DNA of 63,951 bases, filler included, from Nitrospinota bacterium (GTDB taxonomy: Bacteria; JADFOP01), in the NCBI GenBank assembly GCA_022562795.1. It is 3 parts of 3 records of this genome, joined end to end, with 100 filler letters (N's around TTAATTAATTAA, not from the genome) between each part and the next. Parts side by side here need not be neighbours in the genome. Positions count along the whole stretch, not along the records: positions 1 to 31,040 come from JADFOP010000024.1; 2 more parts are not named here. One strand, 5' to 3'. Every line of letters begins with the position of its first letter. The first letter of the stretch is position 1. The notes under the pieces are model-generated. The model did no database searches. It was not told the origin of the DNA and saw only the letters and a list, made by a program, of their open reading frames with translations. This document shows positions 1-9,056 of this stretch, piece after piece. Position numbers and translations under genes: made by a program.

Positions 1-1946
1 GACTCCTCCACGCCCTCGGTAATAAGGAGGGCGCGGGCGGCCGTCGTCATGGCTTGATATGCCATTCGGGCTGCCTCGGTATAATTCCCTTGTTCGTACT
101 GGAGGTTGGCTTCAAAGAGCTCCCGCTCCGCCTCGCCCAGCTTCAGCTCCACCTCGGGGACCAATTGGCCGGCGCACTCGCCCGTTCCGACCCCCACGCT
201 GAACGGTTCCTCTTCACCCCAATCGACGTAGAAATCAGGCTGCTCGCTGATGTCAGGGACCTCCCGTAGATGGGCCAGCCCATCGCGGATGCCTTTCTTG
301 CCCACCCGCTCGGCCCACTCGTTAAAGCTCTCACCGTCGCTCCTCTCGTCCCGGTAGCGGCCCACCAGATGTTCTACCGTGGCGGGGATGTTCTTAGCCG
401 GGACCTTTAAGGTCGCCAGGCCGAACGAGTTGGCGTTTTCCGACTTCTGCCCACCCAAGAACAGATGATAGTTGGGCACCACGTTGCTGCCAACACGTTG
501 AGAGGAGCCGAAAAAGCCAATGTTGGCCACGTGGTGCTGACCGCAACTGTTCGGGCATCCGCTGACCTTGATGGAGAGGTCGCGGAACTCTTCGGGGAGG
601 GCCTCAGCTTCGGAGCCGTTGGAGGCAAGCATCTCGCGCAGCCTTAGCGCGAGGCTCTTAGAGGAAGTAATCCCCAGGATGCAGGTATCGGCGCCGGGGC
701 AGGCGGTGATGTCGAGCATCGTCTCGGCCCCCGGCTCGGACAGCCCCGCTTCGTCGAGCGCCTGGTAGAGCTCCCAGAGGTCGGATCGTCTCACCCAGCG
801 CATGAGGAAGTTCTGCTCTACGGTCGTCCGAAGGTTCTCGCCGTTGAATCTCCGAATAATGGAGGCCACGGCCCGAAGCTGTTTTGGATTTATATCGCCT
901 ATCGGCAAGGTGATGTAGACGGAGCAGAAGCCCTCTTGCTTCTGGGGGACGGCGTTGGTGGAGCACCATAGCTCGAAGGCTGGCGAGGTGCCCCCATTTC
1001 CGGGCGGCCCGTCGGGCAGAGCGGGCGACTCCTCCCCTCGCCGCACCACCAAAGGCCGTGAGAACCAGTAGGGATCGCTCCGGAGCACCTCAATCTCTTC
1101 ATGCACTTGACGGCGGAATTCCTCGATCCCAAGCTTCGCGACCAAAAACTTAAGCCGCGCCTTATTGCGGTTTTTCCGCTCGCCCCCTTTGTGAAAAACC
1201 GACAGAATCCCCGCTTGGTGCAGGATGATTTCCTCCGCAGGGAGGAACTCACTGTAGAGCTTGGCCGGATGGGGCTGCGCCCCAAGGCCACCACCGACCC
1301 ATACCTCGAAACCGTACTCGGTGCGGCCGTCGACCTCGCGGGTCCTGGCGATGTGGCCGATGTCGTGCATGTGGGCGAGCCCGCAGGGCTTGTCGGCGCA
1401 GCCGGAGAAGGCGATTTTGAACTTGCGGCCGAGCTGCTGGCATAGAGGATGTCGCAAGAAAGCATTCGTCGTAGCCCGAGCGATGGGCGTCACGTCAAAG
1501 GTTTCATCAGGGCAGACCCCGCTCAAGGAGCAGGCGGTGATGTTGCGGACCGTGTTGCCGCAGGCCTCTCTCGTTGTGAGCCCCACCGAAGCCAACCGGC
1601 GCATGATGGTTGGAACGTCCTCTAGCTGTACGAAGTGGTATTGAACGTCCTGCCTGGTGGTGACGTGGGCTAAGCCGTGGCCATGATTTTCGCTGATTTC
1701 GGCCAACATCTCGAGCTGGGTCGCGTTGAGCAGCCCTGAGGGAATCTTCACGCGCACCATATGGACGCCGGGCTGCCGCTGGCCGTAGATGCCGTGGTTC
1801 AGGCGGAAGTGCTTGAAATGCTCTTCCGATATTTTTCCCCGCTTCAAACGCTCGACCTCTACCTCGAAAATCTGAATCTCACGCTCAATCTCGGGCGCGA
1901 GCGCCTCTCTGTCTGAGGCAAAAAAAGAACGATGCTCCTCGCTCAT
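1..1946 (-). CDS. Siroheme/[4Fe-4S] nitrite/sulfite reductase with C-terminal helical (HEPN-like) extension; 3' end runs off window
   Basis: Absent from the ORF track. Manual translation from ATG 1946 (RBS AAGGAG) gives MSEEHRSFF...FRLNHGIYGQRQ...MVRVKIP...HVTTRQDVQ...REACGNTVRN...RKFKIAFSGC...CPGADTC...VSGCPNSCGQH, i.e. the CX5C and CX3C siroheme/Fe-S ligands. Confidence 0.9.
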   Translation of the reverse strand, partial: MSEEHRSFFASDREALAPEIEREIQIFEVEVERLKRGKISEEHFKHFRLNHGIYGQRQPGVHMVRVKIPSGLLNATQLEMLAEISENHGHGLAHVTTRQDVQYHFVQLEDVPTIMRRLASVGLTTREACGNTVRNITACSLSGVCPDETFDVTPIARATTNAFLRHPLCQQLGRKFKIAFSGCADKPCGLAHMHDIGHIARTREVDGRTEYGFEVWVGGGLGAQPHPAKLYSEFLPAEEIILHQAGILSVFHKGGERKNRNKARLKFLVAKLGIEEFRRQVHEEIEVLRSDPYWFSRPLVVRRGEESPALPDGPPGNGGTSPAFELWCSTNAVPQKQEGFCSVYITLPIGDINPKQLRAVASIIRRFNGENLRTTVEQNFLMRWVRRSDLWELYQALDEAGLSEPGAETMLDITACPGADTCILGITSSKSLALRLREMLASNGSEAEALPEEFRDLSIKVSGCPNSCGQHHVANIGFFGSSQRVGSNVVPNYHLFLGGQKSENANSFGLATLKVPAKNIPATVEHLVGRYRDERSDGESFNEWAERVGKKGIRDGLAHLREVPDISEQPDFYVDWGEEEPFSVGVGTGECAGQLVPEVELKLGEAERELFEANLQYEQGNYTEAARMAYQAMTTAARALLITEGVEE

Positions 1947-2291
1947 ATCCCCATCTCCTTCTTGAGAATAAATCTCCAGTCGGTCCAACAATCCGTCTGC
2001 TAGCTAGCACGGGCTCAAGATCGATGTGGAGTCCCCACGTTCTTCCTCACTATCAAGGCTGTCGATTGCACTGGTAACCTGGGCAGAGAAAGCACGTTAT
2101 TATGTGTATACCCTCTAACGAATCAGTGCAGTAGAGGCGCCGCAATGCGCAGCGATCGGACACGGAAACCCTAAGATTCTTAGCAACGCAAAACAAACCA
2201 TCGATGAGAGGCGTCATTCACCCTCCTCTATGGGCGGCCGCTCGTGTGGTGACACGAGGGCTCATGAATTTGGAAAAATGCATCGACCCTA

Positions 2292-2320
2292 TTGACATCA
2301 GATCTAAAGGCACTTATTAA
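2292..2320 (+). promoter_or_regulatory. Sigma70-like promoter for the Rrf2 gene
   Basis: TTGACA (2292-2297), 17 bp spacer, TATTAA (2315-2320), followed by tandem TATAGATAAA x2. Confidence 0.6.
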
Positions 2321-2374
2321 TATAGATAAATATAGATAAATCGATGAATAAATCAAGTATTAAATAAGGCTACC

Positions 2375-2860
2375 ATGATTTCTGCAACGTCCGAGCATGC
2401 TCTTCGTGCCATAGCCAGCATTGCTGCCGTGACCAATCCCACCTCCCCGGAAACCAGGGAGCCGATTTTGGCTCGCGACCTTTCCTCGAGAGCTGGGGTG
2501 CCCCTCAACTACCTCTCGAAAATCTTAGGAACCCTGAGCAGGGCGGGCATCCTGCAAGCGAGTCGTGGACGGGGCGGCGGATACCGTCTCGTCCGGTCCG
2601 CCGACCAGATCCCCCTCATCGACGTCGTCGAGCTGTTTGACGGGGTCACAGCCCGGCCGGACTGCTTTTTCGGAGGGGGTCGTAAGTGCTCCGACGATGA
2701 TCCCTGCACCGCGCATGATGCCTTTAAGCAGGTCCGGGAGCAGTACATAGATTTCCTTGAATCGACGACAATCGCCGATATCGCGGGCCCCACCTACGCG
2801 GACGGCGCGCCGGCCGGGGGGCTCCCTCCCTTGATCCGACAAGAAAATGCATTCTCTTGA
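2375..2860 (+). CDS. Rrf2 family transcriptional regulator (Fe-S binding, IscR/NsrR-like)
   Basis: wHTH with YLSKIL..L.RAG...S.RG.GGGY and three Cys (CFFGGGRKCSDDDPC). Confidence 0.92.
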   Translation: MISATSEHALRAIASIAAVTNPTSPETREPILARDLSSRAGVPLNYLSKILGTLSRAGILQASRGRGGGYRLVRSADQIPLIDVVELFDGVTARPDCFFGGGRKCSDDDPCTAHDAFKQVREQYIDFLESTTIADIAGPTYADGAPAGGLPPLIRQENAFS

Positions 2861-2871
2861 CTTAAGTCAAG
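2856..2871. promoter_or_regulatory. Perfect palindrome CTTGACTTAAGTCAAG, Crp/Fnr-type (TTGA-N6-TCAA) operator candidate
   Basis: Seen directly; identical copy at 21729-21744. Confidence 0.7.
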
Positions 2872-2982
2872 GCTCAAACGGGAGGGCGAACATACTTTTA
2901 TTGGAAGACCATAGTTGGAGCCATCCAGGTTGGCTCCTAATGAGGGTTCCGAGGTGAGAGCGAGAGCTCTTGGTTAGTAAAA

Positions 2983-3219
2983 ATGGGTACTTCTCGCCGC
3001 TTTGAGATTTTCCTGGACTGCCTGTGGGGCTTTCCGCTTCTCGCAGGCTTGCTCTTGATTCCGTTGAGCTTGATCACCTTAGATGCGTCGGGAGCGATTG
3101 GTGCTTCGGCCTTGTGGCTTCATCTCGTCTTGCTCGCCACGTTCGCCTACACCTTCAGCCTTCGACTCCGGCACCGATTTCCTTTGTTACAGCGAAAGAG
3201 GAAAAGTAATGAACTGTAG
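2983..3219 (+). CDS. Small hypothetical 2-TM membrane protein
   Basis: 78 aa with two hydrophobic stretches and a basic tail, first ORF of the run; weak RBS. Confidence 0.4.
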   Translation: MGTSRRFEIFLDCLWGFPLLAGLLLIPLSLITLDASGAIGASALWLHLVLLATFAYTFSLRLRHRFPLLQRKRKSNEL

Positions 3220-3286
3220 CGTAACTAGGCGTCGGGTGGCGAACAACCATGCGGATACGACTTATCACCCAGAGGGCAAAAGAAAG

Positions 3287-4414
3287 ATGAGGATCTTCCA
3301 GAGGTGCCTGCTTGAGCGACTGGTTGTGGCCGCCTGCATGGTGGCACTGCTTGGCGGGAGCGCTGCCTGGGGGGCCGAGAAGTATTCTCCTCTCGGCCCG
3401 CTTCCAGACCTGAAACAACCTGATTCGGCGAGGGTTGAGCTGGGGCGGTATCTCTTCTTCGATTCGCGGCTCTCGGGTGACACCGCCCTCAGCTGCGCCA
3501 GCTGCCACTTGCCGACCAAAGGTTGGACCGACGGCCTCCCGCTATCCAGAGCGTACCCGGGTTCCGAATACTTCCGAAACGCCAAGACCGTCCTCAACGC
3601 CGTCCACGCCGAGGTCTTATTCTGGGATGGCCGTCTCTCCTCCGACCCGTTTGAAACGCACGTCAGGGACCACCTCACCGAGAGCCACTTCATGAACATG
3701 GACGGGCGCCTCATGCAGGAGCGGATCAAGCAGATCCCAGAATACGTCAAGATGTTCAAGAACGCTTGGAATTCGGAGCCGTCTTTCGGGAAAATCCGCA
3801 ACTCAATCCGCGACTTTGAGAAGACCCTGGTCTCCCGGAACGTCCCCTTCGACAGGTTCATGAAGGGGGACAAAAGGGCGCTATCGGCCAAGGCCAAAAG
3901 AGGCTTGGCCCTATTCAAGGGCAAAGCAGGCTGCATGCGGTGCCACAACGGCGCTTATTTCTCCGACGGGAAGCCGTACAATCTTGGGGTTCCGACCAAC
4001 CCCGACATCGTAAAAAACCCCTTGCGTCACATCGGTATGCGCTCCTTCTTTCTGGGTATGGGGGTTCCAGGGTTTGAACACCTAACAGAGGACGTGGGCT
4101 ATTACACCGTCTCAAAGGTCGAGGCCGACAAGGGAAAGTTTGTGACCCCCACGCTCCGGGAATTATCCCGGACGGCGCCCTACATGCATAATGGGATGCT
4201 GAAGACCCTTGATGAGGTAATTAAGTTCTACGGCAGAGGTGGAGGAAAGAGTCCAAACAAGACGCCGTTGCTCAAACCACTTCGCCTCACCGCCAGCGAG
4301 AAGGCGGCTTTGGTGGAGTTTCTAAAGAGTCTCAGCGGGGATGAGGTTGTCGTCGCGGTTCCCGAGTTACCGAAATATGAGGTTATCAAAAACTGGCTCA
4401 AGGTAAAGAATTAA
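3287..4414 (+). CDS. idrP: Di-heme cytochrome c peroxidase/MauG family, IdrP-like (copy 1)
   Basis: Signal peptide, LG..LFFD.RLS, CASCH and CMRCH, TAPYMHNG; lies upstream of idrBA-like genes. Confidence 0.85.
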   Translation: MRIFQRCLLERLVVAACMVALLGGSAAWGAEKYSPLGPLPDLKQPDSARVELGRYLFFDSRLSGDTALSCASCHLPTKGWTDGLPLSRAYPGSEYFRNAKTVLNAVHAEVLFWDGRLSSDPFETHVRDHLTESHFMNMDGRLMQERIKQIPEYVKMFKNAWNSEPSFGKIRNSIRDFEKTLVSRNVPFDRFMKGDKRALSAKAKRGLALFKGKAGCMRCHNGAYFSDGKPYNLGVPTNPDIVKNPLRHIGMRSFFLGMGVPGFEHLTEDVGYYTVSKVEADKGKFVTPTLRELSRTAPYMHNGMLKTLDEVIKFYGRGGGKSPNKTPLLKPLRLTASEKAALVEFLKSLSGDEVVVAVPELPKYEVIKNWLKVKN

Positions 4415-4477
4415 TCGGGCTCGGATAGTAAAGGGGATGCGCAACAGCGTTTCGTCGACAGAGGAGAAGCAAAGCCC

Positions 4478-5629
4478 ATGAGAGTGCGATTTTGGATACT
4501 CATCCCAGTGCTCCTGGCTATCGTTTTGGGTCTCTTCCTGGCGCCCCGGCCTGACATCGCCACGGGGAAAGAACCCTTCCCGTCTCTCGGGCCGTTGGGG
4601 CCGGTACCCACCCCCCCGGACAATCCCACGACGCCGGCCAAAGTGGAATTGGGAAAGCTGCTCTTCTTTGATAACCGCCTCTCCGGCGATGGCAGCACTC
4701 CTTGCCTAAGCTGCCACGTCCCTCAAGTGGGCTGGGGGGACGGAGGGGACATATGTCACGGCTATCCCGGGACGAAGCACTGGCGTAACTGCCAAACGAT
4801 AGTCAATTCGGCGTATTACAATAAGCTGTTCTGGGCCGGCTCCTCCAAAAGCTTGGAGGCCCAGGCGGAGACGGCAGCAAGGGGAGCAGTGGCGGGCAAC
4901 GGGGAGCGTGATATGATGGAAGCCCGCCTCCTTCAGATCCCGGAATATGTCAAGCGGTTCAAGGAGGTCTTTGGGACACGCAGCCCCCATCTCAAGGACG
5001 CCTGGCGCGCCATCGCCGCCTTCGAGCGGACCATCGTTCAGCGAAACACCCCCTTCGACCGCTACATAAAGGGCGACAAGGGGGCGATGTCGGCAAAGGC
5101 CGTAAGGGGACTTGCCCTGTTTTCGGGTAAAGCCGGGTGCGTCCAGTGCCACAACGGCTCCCTCCTAACCGACCAGAAATACTACAATTTAGGCGTGCCA
5201 GAGAATCCCACCTTTCAGAGGGACGCCCAGCACCAGATTACCTTCCGGTTTGAGCAATACGCCAAGGGGGTTACCGAAGATATCTATCGGACGACGAAAA
5301 CCGACCTGGGTCTCTACTACCGGATGAAGCGCAAGGAGGATATGGGGAAGTTCCGGACTCCCTCCCTGCGGTATCTGGTCTACACCGCTCCTTATATGCA
5401 TAACGGGGTCTTTAGGACCCTCGAAGAAGTTATCAAGTTCTACAACAAGGGCGGTGGAGAAGATATCATCCATAGCCTATACGGGTTCAGTACAAAGACC
5501 AATAAAATCAAGCCACTCAATCTTACTGAAAACGAAAAGGGGGCGCTAAAGGCGTTCCTCGAGAGCTTGAGCGGAGAGCAAATCATCGTGAACCCTCCAA
5601 AGCTTCCCGAATACGCGGTCTATAAGTGA
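4478..5629 (+). CDS. idrP: Di-heme cytochrome c peroxidase/MauG family, IdrP-like (copy 2)
   Basis: Signal/TM segment, PPDNPTTPAKVELGK.LFFD.RLS, CLSCH and CVQCH, FRTPSLR, TAPYMHNG. Confidence 0.87.
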   Translation: MRVRFWILIPVLLAIVLGLFLAPRPDIATGKEPFPSLGPLGPVPTPPDNPTTPAKVELGKLLFFDNRLSGDGSTPCLSCHVPQVGWGDGGDICHGYPGTKHWRNCQTIVNSAYYNKLFWAGSSKSLEAQAETAARGAVAGNGERDMMEARLLQIPEYVKRFKEVFGTRSPHLKDAWRAIAAFERTIVQRNTPFDRYIKGDKGAMSAKAVRGLALFSGKAGCVQCHNGSLLTDQKYYNLGVPENPTFQRDAQHQITFRFEQYAKGVTEDIYRTTKTDLGLYYRMKRKEDMGKFRTPSLRYLVYTAPYMHNGVFRTLEEVIKFYNKGGGEDIIHSLYGFSTKTNKIKPLNLTENEKGALKAFLESLSGEQIIVNPPKLPEYAVYK

Positions 5630-5658
5630 TGAGCTGCGGGGAGAGGGGAAAAGGGACC

Positions 5659-6213
5659 ATGAATTCAGACCAAGCGCAAGAGAGACCCTGTATGACCAGG
5701 CGGCAGTTTCTGCTGGCCAGTGGGAGCGTTACCCTTACAACCGTCTTTCTGCCCTCGATTCCCGGCCTCCTAGGTCGGGCAGAGGCGGTCCCGGCGACGC
5801 TGACAAAATATCCGAAGAAAAAGGTCGGGAAGCTCAGCGCCTTGAAGACGGATGCGCCCAGGTACTTCAATTATCCCTTTAAAGATATGTATTCGCAGAA
5901 CATGCTCGTGAAATTGGGTGCCCCCGCATCGGGAGGCGTCGGGGCTGATCAAGATATCGTGGCCTTCAGCACCTTGTGCACCCACATGGGAGGACCCCTG
6001 GCCGGGAGATACAAGAGTCAAGATAAGGTCCTGGGGCCCTGCCCGCTCCACTTGACCACCTTTGACCTGACCCGGCACGGGATGGTCGTCGCCGGCCACG
6101 CCACCGAATCTCTGCCCCAGGTCGTCTTGGAGGTCCGGGGCGATACCATCTACGCCACGGGGATTCTGGGTCTGGTTTACGGCAAGCGCAATAACCTTGA
6201 TACGGGAAAGTAG
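5659..6213 (+). CDS. idrB: Rieske [2Fe-2S] small subunit of AioB/IdrB type, Tat-exported
   Basis: TRRQFLL Tat motif; CTHMG and CPLH Rieske ligands; GHATESLPQ motif. Confidence 0.88.
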   Translation: MNSDQAQERPCMTRRQFLLASGSVTLTTVFLPSIPGLLGRAEAVPATLTKYPKKKVGKLSALKTDAPRYFNYPFKDMYSQNMLVKLGAPASGGVGADQDIVAFSTLCTHMGGPLAGRYKSQDKVLGPCPLHLTTFDLTRHGMVVAGHATESLPQVVLEVRGDTIYATGILGLVYGKRNNLDTGK

Positions 6214-6254
6214 ATAGGGACCGTTATGGTCTTCCGGTGAGGAGGTAGGACATT

Positions 6255-8930
6255 ATGTCGGAACGGAAATACAAACGGCAGGACAAGGTCCCCTTGCCAC
6301 CGCCTGATGCGAAGGTGTTCACCACGGCCTGCGACTATTGCATTGTGGCGTGCGGGTATAAGGTCTACCGCTGGCCGGTGGGCAAGGAGGGGGGGCTCAA
6401 GGCCAAAGAAAACGCACTGGGCGTAGATTTTCCCGTCTCGCCGCTGAGCGGTAAGTGGGTTACCCCCAATATGCACAACGTGGTGAGGGCCGACGGACGC
6501 CTTCACAACGTTGTCGTCATTCCAGACGGCGATAGCAAGGTGGTCAATGTTGGCGGGACTCACAGCATCCGCGGGGGCTGTATCGCCCAAAAGGTCTTTA
6601 ACCCCGAAACGCCAACTAAGGATCGCCTGCAGCGTCCTCTCCTTCGGGTGGGGGGGAAGCTGACGCCGGTTTCGTGGGATACTGCCTTTGACATTATGGC
6701 CAAGGTCTCTAAGCACGTACTCGACACGCAAGGCGTCCATGCCTGGGCCATGAAGATGTTTTCCTACCATTATTATGAGAACACTTTCGCCTTGACAAAG
6801 TTGGCCTTTAGTTACATTGAAACACCGGCCTTTGCCTTTCACGACAATCCATCCGTGGCGCCCGACACCCCGGGGTTCCGGGATGTTGGATTTGACAACT
6901 TCTCAGCTTCATACGAAGACTGGTCCCTCGCCGACGTCCTCTACATCTCAGGGACCGATCCTTATGAGACCAAAACGGTCATCTTCACCCATTGGATTCT
7001 TAAAGGAATTAACACGCACAATATGAAATTGATCTACGCCCTCCCGCGCAAGACGACGGGCGTGGCTCATGCCGAGGCCACGGGGGGACTGCACCTATGG
7101 CTTATTCCCGGAACTGATACCGTGCTTCACATGGCCATAGCCCGGGTCATCTTGGAGAACGGATGGGAAGATAAGGAGTGGATTGCCCAGTTCACTAATA
7201 ATAAGTGGGGCACCGACTCCGGCTTTGGCCAGGGCACCCGGAACACACAGTGGCAGTGGCGAACCACGTGGGGCAAGCTCGAGACCAAGGGCTTTAAGGA
7301 CTACAAGGAGTGGATCCTGGCCCAGGAGGAGTCGAAGCTCGATGTCGCGGAGAAAATCACTGGGGTCCCCAGAGGCGACATCGTCCGGGCGGCGGAGATG
7401 ATGGCCAAGCCGCGGCCAGACGGGTCGCGCCCTAAGACCTCGATCGGAATCGAGAAGGGCAACTACTGGTCCAACAACTACCTAAACACCGCCTCGATCG
7501 GCTCCTTGGCATTGCTTTGCGGGGCGGGCAACAGGCCGGGCCAGATGGTCTCACGTTTCGGCGGCCACCAGAGGGGAGGCCGTAAAGGGGGCCGCTATCC
7601 CATGGAGAAGTCGCCGGAGAAGTACCCGGGCCGCCGCCGGAAATCTCTCGACCTCGACAGGTGGGTCGAGGCGGGCAATGTGCGGTTCTGCTGGTGCATT
7701 GGCACTACATGGGTTGGCTCCATGACGGCCTCTCAGGCCATGGAGGAGACTTTCAAACGCAGCACTGTTGCCAATCCGCATCAAATCAGGCGGAAAGATG
7801 CAAAGCATGCCGTTGAGGTTCTCAAGCAGCGTGTCGACAACGGCGGGATGATGCTCGTTTTCCAGGATATCTATCTACGCCAGCCGCTGGGTACGAAGTA
7901 TGCAGACCTGGTGCTGCCAGCGGCTACGTGGGGAGAAGAGGACTTCACCCGGTCCAACGGCGAGAGGAGAATTCGCCTTTATTCCAAGTTCTACGATGCG
8001 CCGGGGGAGTCGAAGCCTGATTGGTGGATTGCGGCCCAGTTTGCCAAGAAGATGGGCTCTAAGGGATTCAACTGGAAGGACTCCAACGAAGTCTTCGAGG
8101 AATCGGCCCGCTTCGGGCGCGGCTCCCGCACGGACTATTACCCCCTGGTCTGGCTCGCTAAAAAGAAGGGGATGAGGGCCCATGAGCTGCTTAGGAGCAT
8201 GGGGACTGAAGGTATCCAATGCCCTATCAGGTACGAAGACGGAAAGCTCGTTGGCACGAAGCGACTCCACGACTCCACCCTGAAACTGCCCGAGGGCGGG
8301 CCCGAGGGGCCCACAATCTGGCCCAAGTTCCTCACAGCCTTCAAATCCCAAACGGGCAAGGCCAATTTCATCAAGTCTCCCTGGAGTCTCTTTTCCGACT
8401 TTTACGAGTGGTTTAAGCCGAAGGGCGATGAGCTATGGATCACCAACGGCCGCATCAACGAGATTTGGCAGTCGGGTTACGACGATATGGAGCGGCGGCC
8501 ATACATCACCGAGCGATGGCCGGTCAACTTCATGGAAATCCACCCGGAGGACGCCGAGGCCCGGGGCATCGAAAGCGGGGATTGGGTGGCTGCCGAAAAC
8601 GATCGCGTTCCGGTCCAAGTCAGCGGGTTCTACGGCGTCCAACCCAACGACTTCACCTTTACGGAGCTGATGAAGGCAGGCCACATAAAGCTGACCAAGG
8701 CCAGGATTAACGCCGTGGCCTTAGTCACCCCAGCGGTCCGCAAGGGCGTGGCATGGATGTACTTCCTCGACCCCAAGCAGCCGGCCAACAGTTTAGTTGC
8801 GCGGGTGGTCGACCCCCTTACGAACAACTATCGCTTCAAGCTTGGGATGGGCCGGGTTCGAAAGACCGGCGAGTCACCCTACAAGCGGTCGTTGGAGGAA
8901 ATGTCCTTTGCGCGCCGGGATATTGCATAA
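6255..8930 (+). CDS. idrA: Molybdopterin oxidoreductase large subunit, AioA/IdrA family (iodate reductase-like)
   Basis: VPLPP..A...TTACDYCIVACGYKVYRWPVGKEGG, HSIRGG ([3Fe-4S] CX2CX3C...S); no Tat leader; HDNPS..PGFRD in place of the AioA HNRPAYNSE signature; flanked by two peroxidases. Confidence 0.85.
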   Translation: MSERKYKRQDKVPLPPPDAKVFTTACDYCIVACGYKVYRWPVGKEGGLKAKENALGVDFPVSPLSGKWVTPNMHNVVRADGRLHNVVVIPDGDSKVVNVGGTHSIRGGCIAQKVFNPETPTKDRLQRPLLRVGGKLTPVSWDTAFDIMAKVSKHVLDTQGVHAWAMKMFSYHYYENTFALTKLAFSYIETPAFAFHDNPSVAPDTPGFRDVGFDNFSASYEDWSLADVLYISGTDPYETKTVIFTHWILKGINTHNMKLIYALPRKTTGVAHAEATGGLHLWLIPGTDTVLHMAIARVILENGWEDKEWIAQFTNNKWGTDSGFGQGTRNTQWQWRTTWGKLETKGFKDYKEWILAQEESKLDVAEKITGVPRGDIVRAAEMMAKPRPDGSRPKTSIGIEKGNYWSNNYLNTASIGSLALLCGAGNRPGQMVSRFGGHQRGGRKGGRYPMEKSPEKYPGRRRKSLDLDRWVEAGNVRFCWCIGTTWVGSMTASQAMEETFKRSTVANPHQIRRKDAKHAVEVLKQRVDNGGMMLVFQDIYLRQPLGTKYADLVLPAATWGEEDFTRSNGERRIRLYSKFYDAPGESKPDWWIAAQFAKKMGSKGFNWKDSNEVFEESARFGRGSRTDYYPLVWLAKKKGMRAHELLRSMGTEGIQCPIRYEDGKLVGTKRLHDSTLKLPEGGPEGPTIWPKFLTAFKSQTGKANFIKSPWSLFSDFYEWFKPKGDELWITNGRINEIWQSGYDDMERRPYITERWPVNFMEIHPEDAEARGIESGDWVAAENDRVPVQVSGFYGVQPNDFTFTELMKAGHIKLTKARINAVALVTPAVRKGVAWMYFLDPKQPANSLVARVVDPLTNNYRFKLGMGRVRKTGESPYKRSLEEMSFARRDIA

Positions 8931-9056
8931 GAGCAACCTTGACCGTCGGAGGCTCACTGGATTCCTCACGGTGTGGGAGCCTTCGGATGGCAGAGATGCA
9001 GGTCAATGGACCGCTATGAGGATTATGTCGTTTATACCCACTTGGGAGGTGCGGCC

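Noticed and set aside
54-1644. Short ORFs in the track at the window start
   Set aside because: All overlap the real minus-strand nitrite/sulfite reductase.
5659-8930. Canonical arsenite oxidase aioBA call
   Set aside because: The AioA signature is absent, no ars/aioXSR genes are nearby, and two flanking peroxidases favour Idr-like.
8935-9010. Imperfect stem-loop between idrA-like and nxrA-like genes as a riboswitch or terminator
   Set aside because: No U-tract and no recognisable Moco-riboswitch consensus; at most a processing or stability hairpin.
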